In this document: positions 47,066 through 58,781 of the stretch, piece by piece
Position numbering within the stretch: the first letter of the stretch is position 1
Layout: each line of letters begins with the position of its first letter
IMG/VR virus record: IMGVR_UViG_3300001528_000621
Location: 64,001 to 128,000 of that record
DNA length: 64,000 nucleotides
From: a virus
Taxonomy: Duplodnaviria > Caudoviricetes
Reading direction: 5' to 3' (one strand)
Position numbers and translations under genes: made by a program
Notes under the pieces: model-generated
Database searches by the model: none
Seen by the model: the letters and a program-made list of their open reading frames with translations, nothing else
What the model was told of the DNA's origin: nothing

Positions 47066-50000
47066 ATGAGAGAGTTTCCAATACAAAAGTTTTGGTATGG
47101 AAAAGGAGCAGCGTGCAAGGACATAGAAGAACTAATAGAGAAAAACGTTACTTGGTTCGTTTGGGCAGTTGAGAATTTTCAGGATGTAACACCGAAACAA
47201 GCTCAACACTTCAAAGAGGTCTGGAAGATGGACCTACCAAAACAAGTAGTTACTTCCCAAAAACTTTTAGACGAAATTAATGAAGGTCTTCCATATGAAC
47301 ACAAAAAGAAGGATACCGAAGACGTTTATAAGGAGCTTTGCCGTAAATACGCTGACGCTACAGGACAGAAATGGAATGAGTGGTTGTCAGAGGGTTGCGG
47401 AGAAGCAAAAATATAAATAAAAATTAGCTGGAATTTTTATAATCTTCAGCTTTTCCTATTATTTTTAGCTTAGAAATTAAAAAAACAAAAGAATTATGAA
47501 AATTTACGTAGCAACAGTCTTGATTGAATCAAATCAAGGGAACTCAGCTTACTCAAAGGTTGTAAGCACAAACTCCGAAAATGATAAGGACCTGTTCAGA
47601 AGTTGGATAGAAGTAGAGATGGAATCTATTCTTGCTGAATGGAACGAGTTTAACTATCCTGAAAAGAGCTCGATTATAAGCGCTGATGATGACAGATACG
47701 ACGGTATGTTGGGAGAGTATGTAGATGAACAGCGTCCGTTGCACATAACAATTGACATTGAACCAAAACGCATATGCATATGAAAAAGTATGTCGTTAAA
47801 GGTGTTGATGGAGTTAAGTACGAAATCGAAATAGGAGGAGAATACTTCTACCACGGAAACGATGTAGAGGTTGTAGCTGTTGACAGCATCGTAGTATTTA
47901 ACTACCTAACAGGAGAGTGTACCGGAGAAGAAGATTGCTGTAGCGTAGATGAATTCGTTTACCAAAATCCGGAATGTGAAATTAGTGAGGAGGACTAAAT
48001 ATGCAGAACATAAAAACAATACAATACTATACGAACGCGTTTCCAAATCAGGTTCAGGAAATGATAGACGACATTATGGACAATTTCGATTTTGAAAAAG
48101 TTCACGATGTAATGGAACACTTAGGGTGGAGCTGGGTAGTTCCGGGAAGCAACCCTGAAGTACCGGACATCGGCACCATTAGGCGTGTAGCTAGAAAGTG
48201 TCTCAGAGACGTTACTTTCAATCTTTCAAACTCAATAGGGGCTAAGGGTGTACAGAACTGTGAAGTAGATTTTGGTGGATTAGTAACTGTCTGTGAAGTG
48301 TGTAACATTCCGGACGAAGATGACCAAAAGAAAAACTACGTAGACGATGCAGCTAATCAGCTCTATATAAATCTTTCGTTTAAATTGACAGACTGGACTG
48401 GATGGTGTATTGAAAGCTAAATTAAATTTTTAAGCAGCAAGAAAAGCTATTATCTTTAGCTTAGAATTAAAACAAAAGAATTATGGAACAGAGAACAACA
48501 CACGACGTTAATGAACTTAATCGCGGACTTCTTCTAAAGGACGTCAAAACGATTATTACATTCAGAACACAGCAGTTACTTGATTTGTGGGTAAATGAAA
48601 TGTCTGGACAGATTTCAGACGGAATGTGGGAAAATTCTAGGAACACAGAATGGATTTGGAATAATGTTCTAGTCCGACTTGGGGATAAAACAGAGGTTAC
48701 GGTTCGGCCTACGTTCGGTGGCGCAAGACGTACACATTATCCACTTACTGCAGAGCTTTGGAATGTTGTCGGAGATAGAATTTTGGCTGAAAACGGATTC
48801 GCCAGCAAAAAGGAAGCTTATGCAGCGTGGAGAGAAATAGCCGAAGCTATCAGGAATTTTAAGACATTCTCCGACGAAGACGCAAAGATGGTCGTGGACT
48901 CAGAAAAAGAGATAGAGAGACAAAAAAAGATACTTAGAGTAGAACTATTCAGAGAAGGAGCAGAGGTTTTGGGTGTAGATAGTTACGGAAACTTAAATTC
49001 TCTTTCAATCTATGACGAGAATAAAAAGTGGGTAGGCAGTATTTATTGCTATACGTACGTTTCAGGTAATCTAAGTGCTTGCTGGAAAATTCAGCTACTA
49101 GATAAGCTCAACTTTATTGCAGGTTTAGGACACTTGGCTGAAGCTCTCGAATTTGCTAAAGATGCGGCACTTAAAATGCGGAAGTTTGGTGAAGTGAGGA
49201 GAGTTGGTTGTTGATTTGTTTTCATAATTTTTTTGGTTTTTGGGGGAAAGGGCCGCAGTGATGTGTCCCTTTTCTTTTTCTGTTTTCTCAAAGCTAAACT
49301 CCTAGATAAGACTAAAAGCGTACATCAAGGAGAGTATAGATTCCCTTAAGGGAGACAAAAAGGAAGATTATTTTAATATAATATATTACTTAGCTCTTTA
49401 ACTTAGGGATACCTAAGGGATTTAATTCACAAAATTTCTTAAGTTTTTCTATTTGAAAATCATAAAAAGCTATTATCTTTAGAGCAGAAATTAAAAACAA
49501 AAGAATTATGTTTGTAGAACTTATTGACAGACTCAGAACCACAGAAGGTGTAGAGAAAATGGTACCCGTTGATAACGGAGCTATAGCAGTCTACGTAGAA
49601 ACTCAAGACGGTGTACCAGCCGTACTTGCAGAAATTGCGTCAACAATGCTTGAGTACGGATACGATGAAGACTTTCAGATTACTACAAATAAAAAGGATT
49701 TGGTAGTATACATCGACCTGCTAGAAAACGACTACGAGGAAGAGTATGATGAAGAAACCGATGAAGAGGAGTAGGCTATGACAGTACAAGAAATCGTTGA
49801 TAAGGTAAATTCCGGAAAGTATCCAAGCCTTTGGAATGTAATGGATGACCTCAACCTTAATTATGTCGGTCCGTACACTGTATACAAAAACGGAACTATC
49901 CAGACCTTTACAGAGAATCATCGATGGTACAGTGTTGAGGGAGATATCTATGCAGCAGAGGACGGACTTGTAGCTATTATAGGAGTGGAAAAACTATATT

Positions 50001-51596
50001 CAGAAAAAATGTCGTACAAAGATTGTGAATTCTACTGCAAAGCTTTTGAGGTATTTCGGACCGAAGTACTCTCGTACGTTTATATGAAGAAAAGTTTTTA
50101 GAAAGCAAGAAAAGCTATTATCTTTAGCTTAGAATTAAAACAAAAGAATTATGGAAAGATTTAGTCTAGAAAAGTATTTGAAGAATCCAAACAGAGAGGT
50201 TGTCTACGGAGAAGGTAAAACTCCAGCTAGAATACTTTGTACGGACCTTAAAGGTAGAACTCATCCGATCGTAGTAGCTGTCACGAACATTAAGGGAGAT
50301 GAGGAATTTACATACACCTGTTCAGAGAACGGCGAATGGAACGGCAGTCCTGTTCTGTTCTTCAAACCAGAAAAACGCTATGTTAACTTTTGGAGGTTTG
50401 GCAAAGACGGAGAGTGGCAAGTAGAAAGAGGAACATACGGGACTGCAGACGAAGCCAATGAAGCTGTTCAGGAAAAGTTTGATAGACTTGCAAAAAGTTA
50501 CTTAGACTGGGATTCGGTTTCGGTAAAGACGGTACCGGTTGAAATTTCTGAAGATTAACGGAATCGTCCGAAAGAAGTCTAGAAAATGGGGAGAGTGTTT
50601 CGAAAATATTCGGAAGCACTGTTCCTGTTAAATCAAAAAATGGGTATGGTTTTCTGCAAAAAATGGGTAGGTTTTATTTATATGAAAACTACATATGGAA
50701 CAGACAGTACGACCTATTCGGAGAGCTCCTTCTCTCGTACTAGAAGACATAGCTATGGTACGTAGAAGATTAGAGGAAGCTACATCGGAACGAAATAGAC
50801 ACAACCTCGAAATATGGTTAAAGTCTCTTGAAAAGGAACTATTTACAGCTAATAAATATCGATATGGAAAGAAATGAACCGACTAAATTGACCCTAAAAC
50901 ACTACAATGAGATGTCTTGGGAAGGTCCTTGGGATGCAAACCTAGGCGATTTGATGACTGCGTTTGTAGGGTGTCTGAGAGGTGTAGGATTTGGTGAATG
51001 GGTAGTAAGGTCTATCCGAGACTGGTGTAATGAACAGCTACCGGAAGAGGACGTAGAAGAGTAATATCTAAGTCGTCACTAAAGAGTTACTAGAGGTTGA
51101 GAACTAAAATTTCTCAGCCTTTTTCTATATCTAACTTACAAGGGTAATAGAAGAAGAGTAATAAGAGCTTTATAGGAGAACTTGAGTATCCCTTAAAAGT
51201 AAAAGCTAAGTAATATAATCATATATGAAAGAAAATAACTAAGGAGAATCAAAGTTCTCCTAAAGATAGAATATAAAAGAAAACTAAAATAATTTCTATT
51301 ATGTTCAAAGATTTATACTATCTTTAGGTATGGAAAAAAAGAAGAAGAAAAAGAAAGTAGATGAGGTACCGGTAGAGGTTTTTGAACTTCATCAATTGTG
51401 GGAAATCATATACAGGGAGGATAGGTATAGGACAGGACAATACTTAGCTATTCGTATGGAACATAAAGGGTTTCCTAAAATTGAAAAGGTCTTGGAACAA
51501 ATAAAATTAGCATCGGGACATACGTTCCCTGACTTAGTAAAAATTGAATTGGTTCAAGAGGGTTGGAAAAGTCTCACCAAGGAGAAAGTAGTGTAG
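47066..51596 (+). other. block of small early-type hypothetical genes (47066, 47496, 47780, 48001, 48483, 49508, 49778, 50151, 50695, 50864, 51330)
   Basis: many preceded by the repeated promoter/translation-start cassette. Confidence 0.65.
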
Positions 51597-52085
51597 AGAG
51601 GAAGGTATAATAATTCAGAGATGAAAGATAAAAGAAATAATAATAGAAAATATGACAGTATATTCTCAGTCCCCTTTATGTGGGAAAAGTAAATATATTT
51701 AGATGTATTAAAGAGAAAGAAGTAGAACTAGAGTGAAAAGAACTATTAGAAATTACAATAGAAAAAGAATGCAAAGGAAAGAATAATAAGGAGAAATAAA
51801 AGAGATAAGAGGTAAAGTGGAGAAGAAGGAGAAAATAAGGAAATAAGGTGTAAAAGAAGTGTGTATTTAATATAATGGAAGGAGAGGATAGAAAAAGGAA
51901 CCGGGTATTATCTTGAGAATCTATAACTTATCAGGAATTTTTCTTTATAATCCCCGACACCCTCTCAATGAGTTACCCGAATCCTTTTAACGGAATCCTG
52001 CATAAGACAGTTACAAAAAGTTACAGTATCTTTTAGGTTTCCTCAACCTCAGCCTATTTATAGTTGTACTGAGGAGTTCCTCTAA

Positions 52086-52508
52086 GGTTGAAAAGACATA
52101 TAAGAGAAACTAGGAGAGTAAATAAACCTTACGAATCCAAGAAGTCTCAGGAATAAAGGGAACACGGTTGTCTAGATGGCATTTACGAAACCACCCCGAG
52201 GGGTTAAAAGGAGTAGACGAAATCACTTACATTCAGGAGACATTATTAGATTAAGGGTTAAGTTAAATCCCAGGATTATCTTAGTTGGAAAGAATATAAT
52301 AGAGTTTCAGTTATTGGTTATCCGAGAAAAAGGATATTAACTAACAGGCTCGGCCGTATGGGAGTCCGGAGTTAGACAGCTGAAAACGTTTATGTTTTAG
52401 TTAGTTACAGTTCTACCTCTTAGGTGCAGACTATGTGAAAGTCTCAGACCTAGCTACCGAGGTAGGAATCCCTATGTAATAACCTTTAGTGGGTCTTAAT
52501 CTTTCAGC
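52086..52508 (+). ncRNA. candidate large (~420 nt) structured ncRNA
   Basis: no ORF; closing GTTGAAA/TTTCAGC plus AGAC/GTCT; many internal helices; CTATTTA upstream. Confidence 0.45.
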
Positions 52509-52631
52509 ATTTATTATTATCTTTAGGTATGGAAAGAAAGAGAGATATAACATTTCCCGGATATCGAGGAAACCCCACTAACAAAGGAAAGGACATACCT
52601 CCTTTCATACTGTCCCCTTACAAAGAGATAG

Positions 52632-53099
52632 ATGTTAGAAAATACAAACCAGTCTCGTAAAGGTCCTTTATCGGTTTTTAAAGCAGGGAAGTATGTAGGC
52701 AATCGCATAGAGGATATCATAAAGAAAGACCCGTACTACTTTATATGGGCTGTAAAGGAGTGGTTAAATGTATCCCCAGAGCAGGCGTCCCTCTTTGAAG
52801 AGGTAACGAATGGAGGAATTATACCAGAAAAGTACATTGTAAGTCCTACTAGAAAAGAGGAACCTTTAGTAGACATTCCTTATTTATCTTGGGGACCAGA
52901 AGGGGTATGTGAGGTAAAGAATCCAGTGTACTATATTCCTAATTACGATTTTGACCCTGACCTGGCTCCTGATTTTTGGAAAGAATTCAAGAAAGCTTTA
53001 ACACCGGAAATGGGTGAAGCTGAGAGAGGAAACCTTTTTAGAAGACTCCAGGACGAATACAACAAGAAATGCTTAGCTCTCTACTTAGATGAAAAGTAA
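52632..53099 (+). CDS. hypothetical protein with GKY.G..I..I...DP.YF.W domain (related to 47066)
   Basis: N-terminal motif shared with 47066. Confidence 0.65.
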   Translation: MLENTNQSRKGPLSVFKAGKYVGNRIEDIIKKDPYYFIWAVKEWLNVSPEQASLFEEVTNGGIIPEKYIVSPTRKEEPLVDIPYLSWGPEGVCEVKNPVYYIPNYDFDPDLAPDFWKEFKKALTPEMGEAERGNLFRRLQDEYNKKCLALYLDEK

Positions 53100-53511
53100 A
53101 GATTACGTTAAGGTTGTTTGGAATAAAAGAAACATATGTCCTTCTCTTACTACGTTTCTAGAAAAAGTTTCTAATAGTAAGATAGAAAAGCTCAGACTAG
53201 AAGCACAGCAAGGAAACGCTTACAGATGGGCCTTAGAAGGTATTAAGGATGTAAGCTGGACGTCCTGGGCTAGTAGAGAAGCTAACACCCTCTTTAAAGC
53301 TCTCAGGTGGCCTCTTTATGAAGCTTTTGGCGATGATCTCATAGCTGTGGCTTCAGAAAACGGTACCCTTAATATCTTACTAAAAGGAGAGGAGTCCCTC
53401 TTCCGTAAAGTAAAAATTAATAAAAAGGTTCAATTAAACCGTATTGTAGGTAAGCCTCCTGTTCCATACTATATCCTTGTTTCTTACCCTAAAGATAAGA
53501 CAAAAGCGTGA
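53089..53511 (+). CDS. hypothetical protein
   Basis: ORF followed by a terminator. Confidence 0.6.
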   Translation: MKSKDYVKVVWNKRNICPSLTTFLEKVSNSKIEKLRLEAQQGNAYRWALEGIKDVSWTSWASREANTLFKALRWPLYEAFGDDLIAVASENGTLNILLKGEESLFRKVKINKKVQLNRIVGKPPVPYYILVSYPKDKTKA

Positions 53512-53719
53512 AAGACCTGCTAAAAAGCAGGTTATTTTTTTATGTTTTGGTTTTAAAGACTCACAAAAGACAGCTATCTTTAGGTTAGGAATTAACAGAT
53601 ATAGAAACAGAGAGGAAATAAAAGTCCAAAATTAAAATAGAAAGCCTTTTATCACTCACAAAAACATCTTATCTTTAGCTTAGAAATTAAAAACAAATAA
53701 TAATTAAAACCAAAGAATT

Positions 53720-54091
53720 ATGACGTATAACAAAATTGACAAGAAGACGGCCAAGGGTCTGAATCTCAAGCAGACAGTTCTCATCGAGACTATTACTGAG
53801 AACGAGAAGACAATCACTAATATCTACCTTAATAACTCCAGAAAGAGAAGTGAGGCCTTCTACGAGATGTTCAAGGACGAGGAGAAAGAATTTAAGTTCT
53901 CAAAGAAGAAAGATCCGGTACAGAAGAGCTACCGACTCCTAAAATTTCAGAAAGCTCTCGACGAAGTCGGGAATAAGGGGGCTAAGGAAGGGGTAAGCTT
54001 CTATCAGAGCGAAACCTACAAAGAAAACCCAGTAAAGGAGACTCCAAAGGAAGAGGCTGAGACACTTGTAGTAGAGAAGATCGAAGAGTAG
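53720..54091 (+). CDS. early protein, paralog of 58782
   Basis: KQTVLIETI...YLNNS..RSEA.Y.MFKDE...FSKKKD.VQKSYRLLKF. Confidence 0.8.
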   Translation: MTYNKIDKKTAKGLNLKQTVLIETITENEKTITNIYLNNSRKRSEAFYEMFKDEEKEFKFSKKKDPVQKSYRLLKFQKALDEVGNKGAKEGVSFYQSETYKENPVKETPKEEAETLVVEKIEE

Positions 54092-54201
54092 GAAAAAAAA
54101 ATGAATAAAGAGCTCTAAAAATGTAGGGCTCTTTTTCTATTTTTCTTTTTAAGACTCACAAAAAGCTATTATCTTTAGGTCAGAAATTAAAAATAAAAAT
54201 T

Positions 54202-54429
54202 ATGCAAAAGACCTACAAAATACTTTACAGTCACCAAGATAGGTGTCACAAATATGAGGGAACAATAGAACATCTCGTAGAGCACGTATTTGGATATACA
54301 TTAGAATGTGGGCATAGTTGGAATAGTAAAATTCCTCTTAAACCAAAAACAGCCAAATCCTTGGTAAAAGCTCTCAACGACAGTGCAGAGGTATGTAGGC
54401 ATTATTCTGATTATTATAAACTAGGGTAA
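54202..54429 (+). CDS. hypothetical protein
   Basis: FGYTLECG.SW; promoter upstream. Confidence 0.7.
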   Translation: MQKTYKILYSHQDRCHKYEGTIEHLVEHVFGYTLECGHSWNSKIPLKPKTAKSLVKALNDSAEVCRHYSDYYKLG

Positions 54430-54435
54430 GCATAT

Positions 54436-55296
54436 ATGGAAAATAGTGTAATGGTAACGTTTAATAGCCAGAGCTTGGCTACGCAGTTTCTCAACGAAAA
54501 TGAGATAAGGAGGAGGTGTCCCCTAGCGTATGTGGACTCTCCTACAAACGAAAAGGTGAGTGACAAGTACGTTTTAGCTAATACAGCTACAGTAATCTCT
54601 GATATGGAGAGACTTGGTTGGGAGGTTGTAGAAGCAAAGCAGAGGAAAACTCATAAAGACTCATCAGGAAGGTTTAGCTTCCATATGGTAGTTTTTCAGA
54701 ATCCTCAACTCAAGATAACGAAAACTACGGAGGAAGGAGAAGTCATAGATTGTTATCCTAGACTCATACTTACCAACTCTCACGACGGACTTAATTGCTT
54801 CAAGTTTATGGTTGGTCTCTTCAGACTGGTCTGCAGTAACGGACTTATTATAGCGACCGATGAGTTTATGGACCTGAAAATAAGGCACATATACTACAAC
54901 TTCGATGAGCTCAGAAACATTCTGGAAGAAGCAATCCAGCAAGTAGCTTTTAAGGTTGAAAGGATGACTCTTGCAGCAGGAAAGATACTTACTGTAGAGG
55001 AGAGATATGAACTCGCAACCAGAGCTATAGCTATTAGGAAGGGCTGTGAGGAAAATGAGGTCCACCTTTCTCAGGAAACCCTAGATGAAATCTTGACACC
55101 GTTGAGGAAAGAAGATGAAGGAAACAGCTTATGGAAGACTTTCAACGTTATCCAGGAAAAGACTATTAAAGGAGGGTTCTCAATGGAAAACGCTAAAGGG
55201 AAGGTACAGAAGGTTAGAAAAATCACCTCTTTTGTAAAAGATCTGGACATAAATACACAGCTCTGGAGAGCAATGGAAGAATTTCTTGTAGAGTAA
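54436..55296 (+). CDS. DUF932/DUF945 family protein
   Basis: NSHDG, GLFRLVCSNGL, R.ED....LW.TFN.IQE. Confidence 0.85.
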   Translation: MENSVMVTFNSQSLATQFLNENEIRRRCPLAYVDSPTNEKVSDKYVLANTATVISDMERLGWEVVEAKQRKTHKDSSGRFSFHMVVFQNPQLKITKTTEEGEVIDCYPRLILTNSHDGLNCFKFMVGLFRLVCSNGLIIATDEFMDLKIRHIYYNFDELRNILEEAIQQVAFKVERMTLAAGKILTVEERYELATRAIAIRKGCEENEVHLSQETLDEILTPLRKEDEGNSLWKTFNVIQEKTIKGGFSMENAKGKVQKVRKITSFVKDLDINTQLWRAMEEFLVE

Positions 55297-55360
55297 CAAT
55301 GAATACTCACAAATTCTATTTATCTTTAGGTCAGAAATTAAAAATAAAAGATATAGATAA

Positions 55361-56995
55361 ATGGATAAGCGAGCTATAATTTATGCCTTGAAGGAGTGCA
55401 ACTTAACAGCTAAAGATATTTCTTCTATTGAGGACGGAGATACTAAAGCTAAAATTTATCTTCAGAGAGGAAAAGGATGTATTTACGTAGAGCAGATTAC
55501 AACAGTTTTCAGAAGAAAGAAACAGCCAGATGGACGAATGAGCATGTATATAACACATCCAGACAACCTATACAAATATAGGTACAATGCAGGAAAATGG
55601 GCCTCATTTGAACTCTGAATCTCTTAAATCATCATACACTTATGAAGGTTGTATATTCTAAGATTATCCCGTTCAAGGGTTACCTAGCAATAAACCTGTT
55701 CGGGGTAATCTTTGTCAGAGCAGAAAGAAGAGAAGCTATTGAGAAGCATCCAGGATGGTTCACCCGCACTTGGACCCATGAATCTATTCATACAGAGCAG
55801 ATGAAGGAGACCTTCTACATCGGTTTCTACATTCTTTATCTCTTATTCTGGATTTTTAGGCTTCTTACTCCTCCAATGAATACTGCTTACAAAGATATCT
55901 CATTCGAGCAAGAAGCATATCTTAATGAGGACAACCCCGACTACATCAAGACAAGAAAGCCGTACGCTTGGATGCAATATCAGTTAAAAAGCTACAGAAA
56001 AAGCTTAGAAGATCAGAAAAAATAGCTATCTTTAGCTTAGAAAGAAAGATGAACAAGAAAGAGATAGAAAGACTAAAGAACACAGGCTATAGAGAAAGAG
56101 AAGGTCTAGATAGAAGAGACTACAATAGAGCTATATTAGACAAGCTTAAAAGGATAGTAGAAGAGTACCCTGACCAGAGGTTTGGGCAAATTATAGCTAA
56201 CTATGTACTCCCTAATTATAGAAACAAAGACATCTTCTTTGAAGAGTCTAAAGAAACATACAAAACAGTTAAAACGTTATGTGGCTAGAAGAAAAAGAAG
56301 AATACTGGAAGAAGAGGAAAGAAAGAACATCCTTTAATGTCCCTTCTTTAGGTGAAGAGATATATACGTCAACAGGAATGGTCTTGGTACCAGAAACAGG
56401 ACCTAAGATGCCTGAAGAGCTTCAAGTAAAGATGATAAACACCCTTAGGTGGTTTTTTAGCTCAGGTGTACGCATAGAAGTCTTTACTGAGAATGAATCA
56501 GTGAGATTTAGAGTGCTATCAGGTTATAATCCAAAATTGATTGCAATCTTTTCAGACGTCTCTAACATAGAAAAGGACCTATCAGAACTAAGGAAGAGAA
56601 TAAATGACGAAGACAGTAAATTCAAGAAATGTAAACTCTTCTTTCTCAAATATGATTGTGAACCAGAAATGAACTCGTTCAACATAGTGTTCAACGCTAA
56701 TTGGAGAAAGTATGAAAACTACGAGATTCTTTTCAGGTCTAAAACTCAGCTAAGAAGAGCTAGAGAATATTAAAATAACAACAACACTATTTATCTTTAG
56801 CTTATGACAGATATAAAATCAGCTAAAGAAGTAGCTATCCAGAACGGATGCACTTACGAAGAGCTATATTATGCCGCAGCTTACGGAACATTAAAAGGTA
56901 AGCTAGAGGGTATCATCGATTATGGTAAGAGCTATGAGACAGCTGAAGAACTCTACAATTTCATCCTAAAAACTTGCAAGGATGTTATCAAGTAG
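55361..56995 (+). other. small hypothetical genes (55361, 55642 with HExxH, 56049, 56279, 56804)
   Basis: ORF track; 55642 contains HESIH..Q and FEQEAY. Confidence 0.6.
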
Positions 56996-57138
56996 TGTAA
57001 GTCCATAATTTTTAATTGTTAATGATGGGGAAAGGAGTCCGCCGCGATGGTGTGCTCCTTTTTTTTTGTTTAACTTTTAGTATTAAAACTCACAAAAATA
57101 TGCTATCTTTAGCTTAGAAATTAAAAATAAAAGAACAC

Positions 57139-57699
57139 ATGGGTATTAAAAAGACAGTAATCCCCCTAATAGGAGCACTTACATTGGGATTAATTTCAGT
57201 CTATGAATTAGGGGAACGTCAAGGCAAAGTGTCCCAGCAAAGGCTATATCAGGACGAACTAGCAATACAGCAAGAAATCATCGTAGAGCTACAGAAGTGG
57301 CAGAAAGATAGTCTGGATGAATGGATGATGTTAGAGATGGCTATAATGATGACAGAAAGTAGATACAATCCAAACGCTGTAGGAAAAAGTAAAGACCAGG
57401 GCGTGTTTCAGCAGACTCCGATTTACGTTAAGGAGGTTAATAGGATACTAGAAAAGGTAGGTGTTTCTCAAAGATACACTCACGAAGATTCTTTCAACAT
57501 AAAGAAGTCTATCGAGATGTTTAACATAATCCAGAACTACTACAATCCCCAGCACTCCCCTTCAGTAGCTATACAAAAGCAGAATCCCGGAGGAGAATCT
57601 ATAGGATATTCAAAGAAGGTATACGAGAATCTCATCTTTATTGAGAGAATGGAGACAGCTAGAAGAGAATTGATAAATTACCACAAAGAGAGACATTAA
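57139..57699 (+). CDS. membrane-anchored lysozyme/SLT-like transglycosylase domain protein
   Basis: N-terminal TM; AIM.TES.YNPNA...G.FQ. Confidence 0.6.
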   Translation: MGIKKTVIPLIGALTLGLISVYELGERQGKVSQQRLYQDELAIQQEIIVELQKWQKDSLDEWMMLEMAIMMTESRYNPNAVGKSKDQGVFQQTPIYVKEVNRILEKVGVSQRYTHEDSFNIKKSIEMFNIIQNYYNPQHSPSVAIQKQNPGGESIGYSKKVYENLIFIERMETARRELINYHKERH

Positions 57700-57794
57700 G
57701 GAGAAGCTAGGTATCCTTTAGGAAGATTAAAGTAAATATGCTCTTAATATAATTTATTATAAGAGAGATCTAATTAAAGAATACCTGAGGAAAG

Positions 57795-58352
57795 ATGATG
57801 AAAAAGACTTTAGTGATTCATCCAAAAGACCCGACAACGGACGTACTTTGTGAGATATATAGGGACAGGGCTTGGACTATCATCCGAGACCCCGAAACCT
57901 CTATGAATGAAATAAAGAGACAGATACGTCTTCACGACAGAATCATAATGTTGGGTCACGGAACACCTCAAGGTCTTTTAGCTAGTCATCAGGAAGGAGA
58001 GAAGTATACTCAATTCTACAGATTCATCATCAATAGTGATTTGGAATATGAACTGAGAAATAAAGAAACACTCTCTATTTGGTGTAATTCAGATGCTTTC
58101 TTTCGTAAGCTAGGCTTGAAAGGCCTTCACACCGGGATGATTATCAGTGAGGTTCAAGAAGAAATGTATGTGTTAGGTAAAGAGATATTAACGAAAGAAG
58201 AGATGTATGAGAATATGAAAAGATTTAGTGAAGCTTTTAGAAAGAATATTGATGAGGAAGATGTAGAAGAAATGAAAAGAAAAATATTGGAGGAATATAC
58301 AGGAAAGGATGAGGTGACAAAACACAATAGGGAAAAAATAATTATTATTTAA
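57795..58352 (+). CDS. hypothetical protein
   Basis: LVIHP.D.TT, LGHG...GL, IWC. Confidence 0.7.
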   Translation: MMKKTLVIHPKDPTTDVLCEIYRDRAWTIIRDPETSMNEIKRQIRLHDRIIMLGHGTPQGLLASHQEGEKYTQFYRFIINSDLEYELRNKETLSIWCNSDAFFRKLGLKGLHTGMIISEVQEEMYVLGKEILTKEEMYENMKRFSEAFRKNIDEEDVEEMKRKILEEYTGKDEVTKHNREKIIII

Positions 58353-58449
58353 TCTATTAAAAGTCTCAATAAATTAAAGCGTTGAACTTTTATTTTATAA
58401 ACCACAAAAACACCTTATCTTTAGGTTAGAAATTAAAAACAAAACAATT

Positions 58450-58623
58450 ATGGCACCAATAGACATCATTACTGATCTTTTGAATCAACAAGCTGAAATT
58501 TCTCTACAGAATATGGAGAATGTTACCTACAATTCAGATGCATACCACTATTATAGAGGAGAGGTAGGAGCTCTCAGAGAAGCAATAGACAATCTTAGAA
58601 ATTTGGAAAAGCTTTTTAGATAG
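58450..58623 (+). CDS. small hypothetical protein (not in ORF track)
   Basis: promoter/TIR cassette directly upstream; 57 aa. Confidence 0.6.
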   Translation: MAPIDIITDLLNQQAEISLQNMENVTYNSDAYHYYRGEVGALREAIDNLRNLEKLFR

Positions 58624-58781
58624 ACTCACGAAAGTCTATTATCTTTAGAGCAGAAGAAAAAAGATAAACAAATCGAATAAAAAATAAAAGAAAAAAGATT
58701 TAGAACATTCACAAAATTCGATTATCTTTAGGTTAGAAATTAAAAACAAAAGCATATTAACAATTAAAAACCAAAAACATT

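Noticed and set aside
42740-50155. Repeated 50-bp units as a CRISPR array or attC cassette sites
   Set aside because: Spacing is gene-sized and irregular, the units end in ATG, and they are explained as promoter/TIR cassettes; no cas or integrase gene is present.
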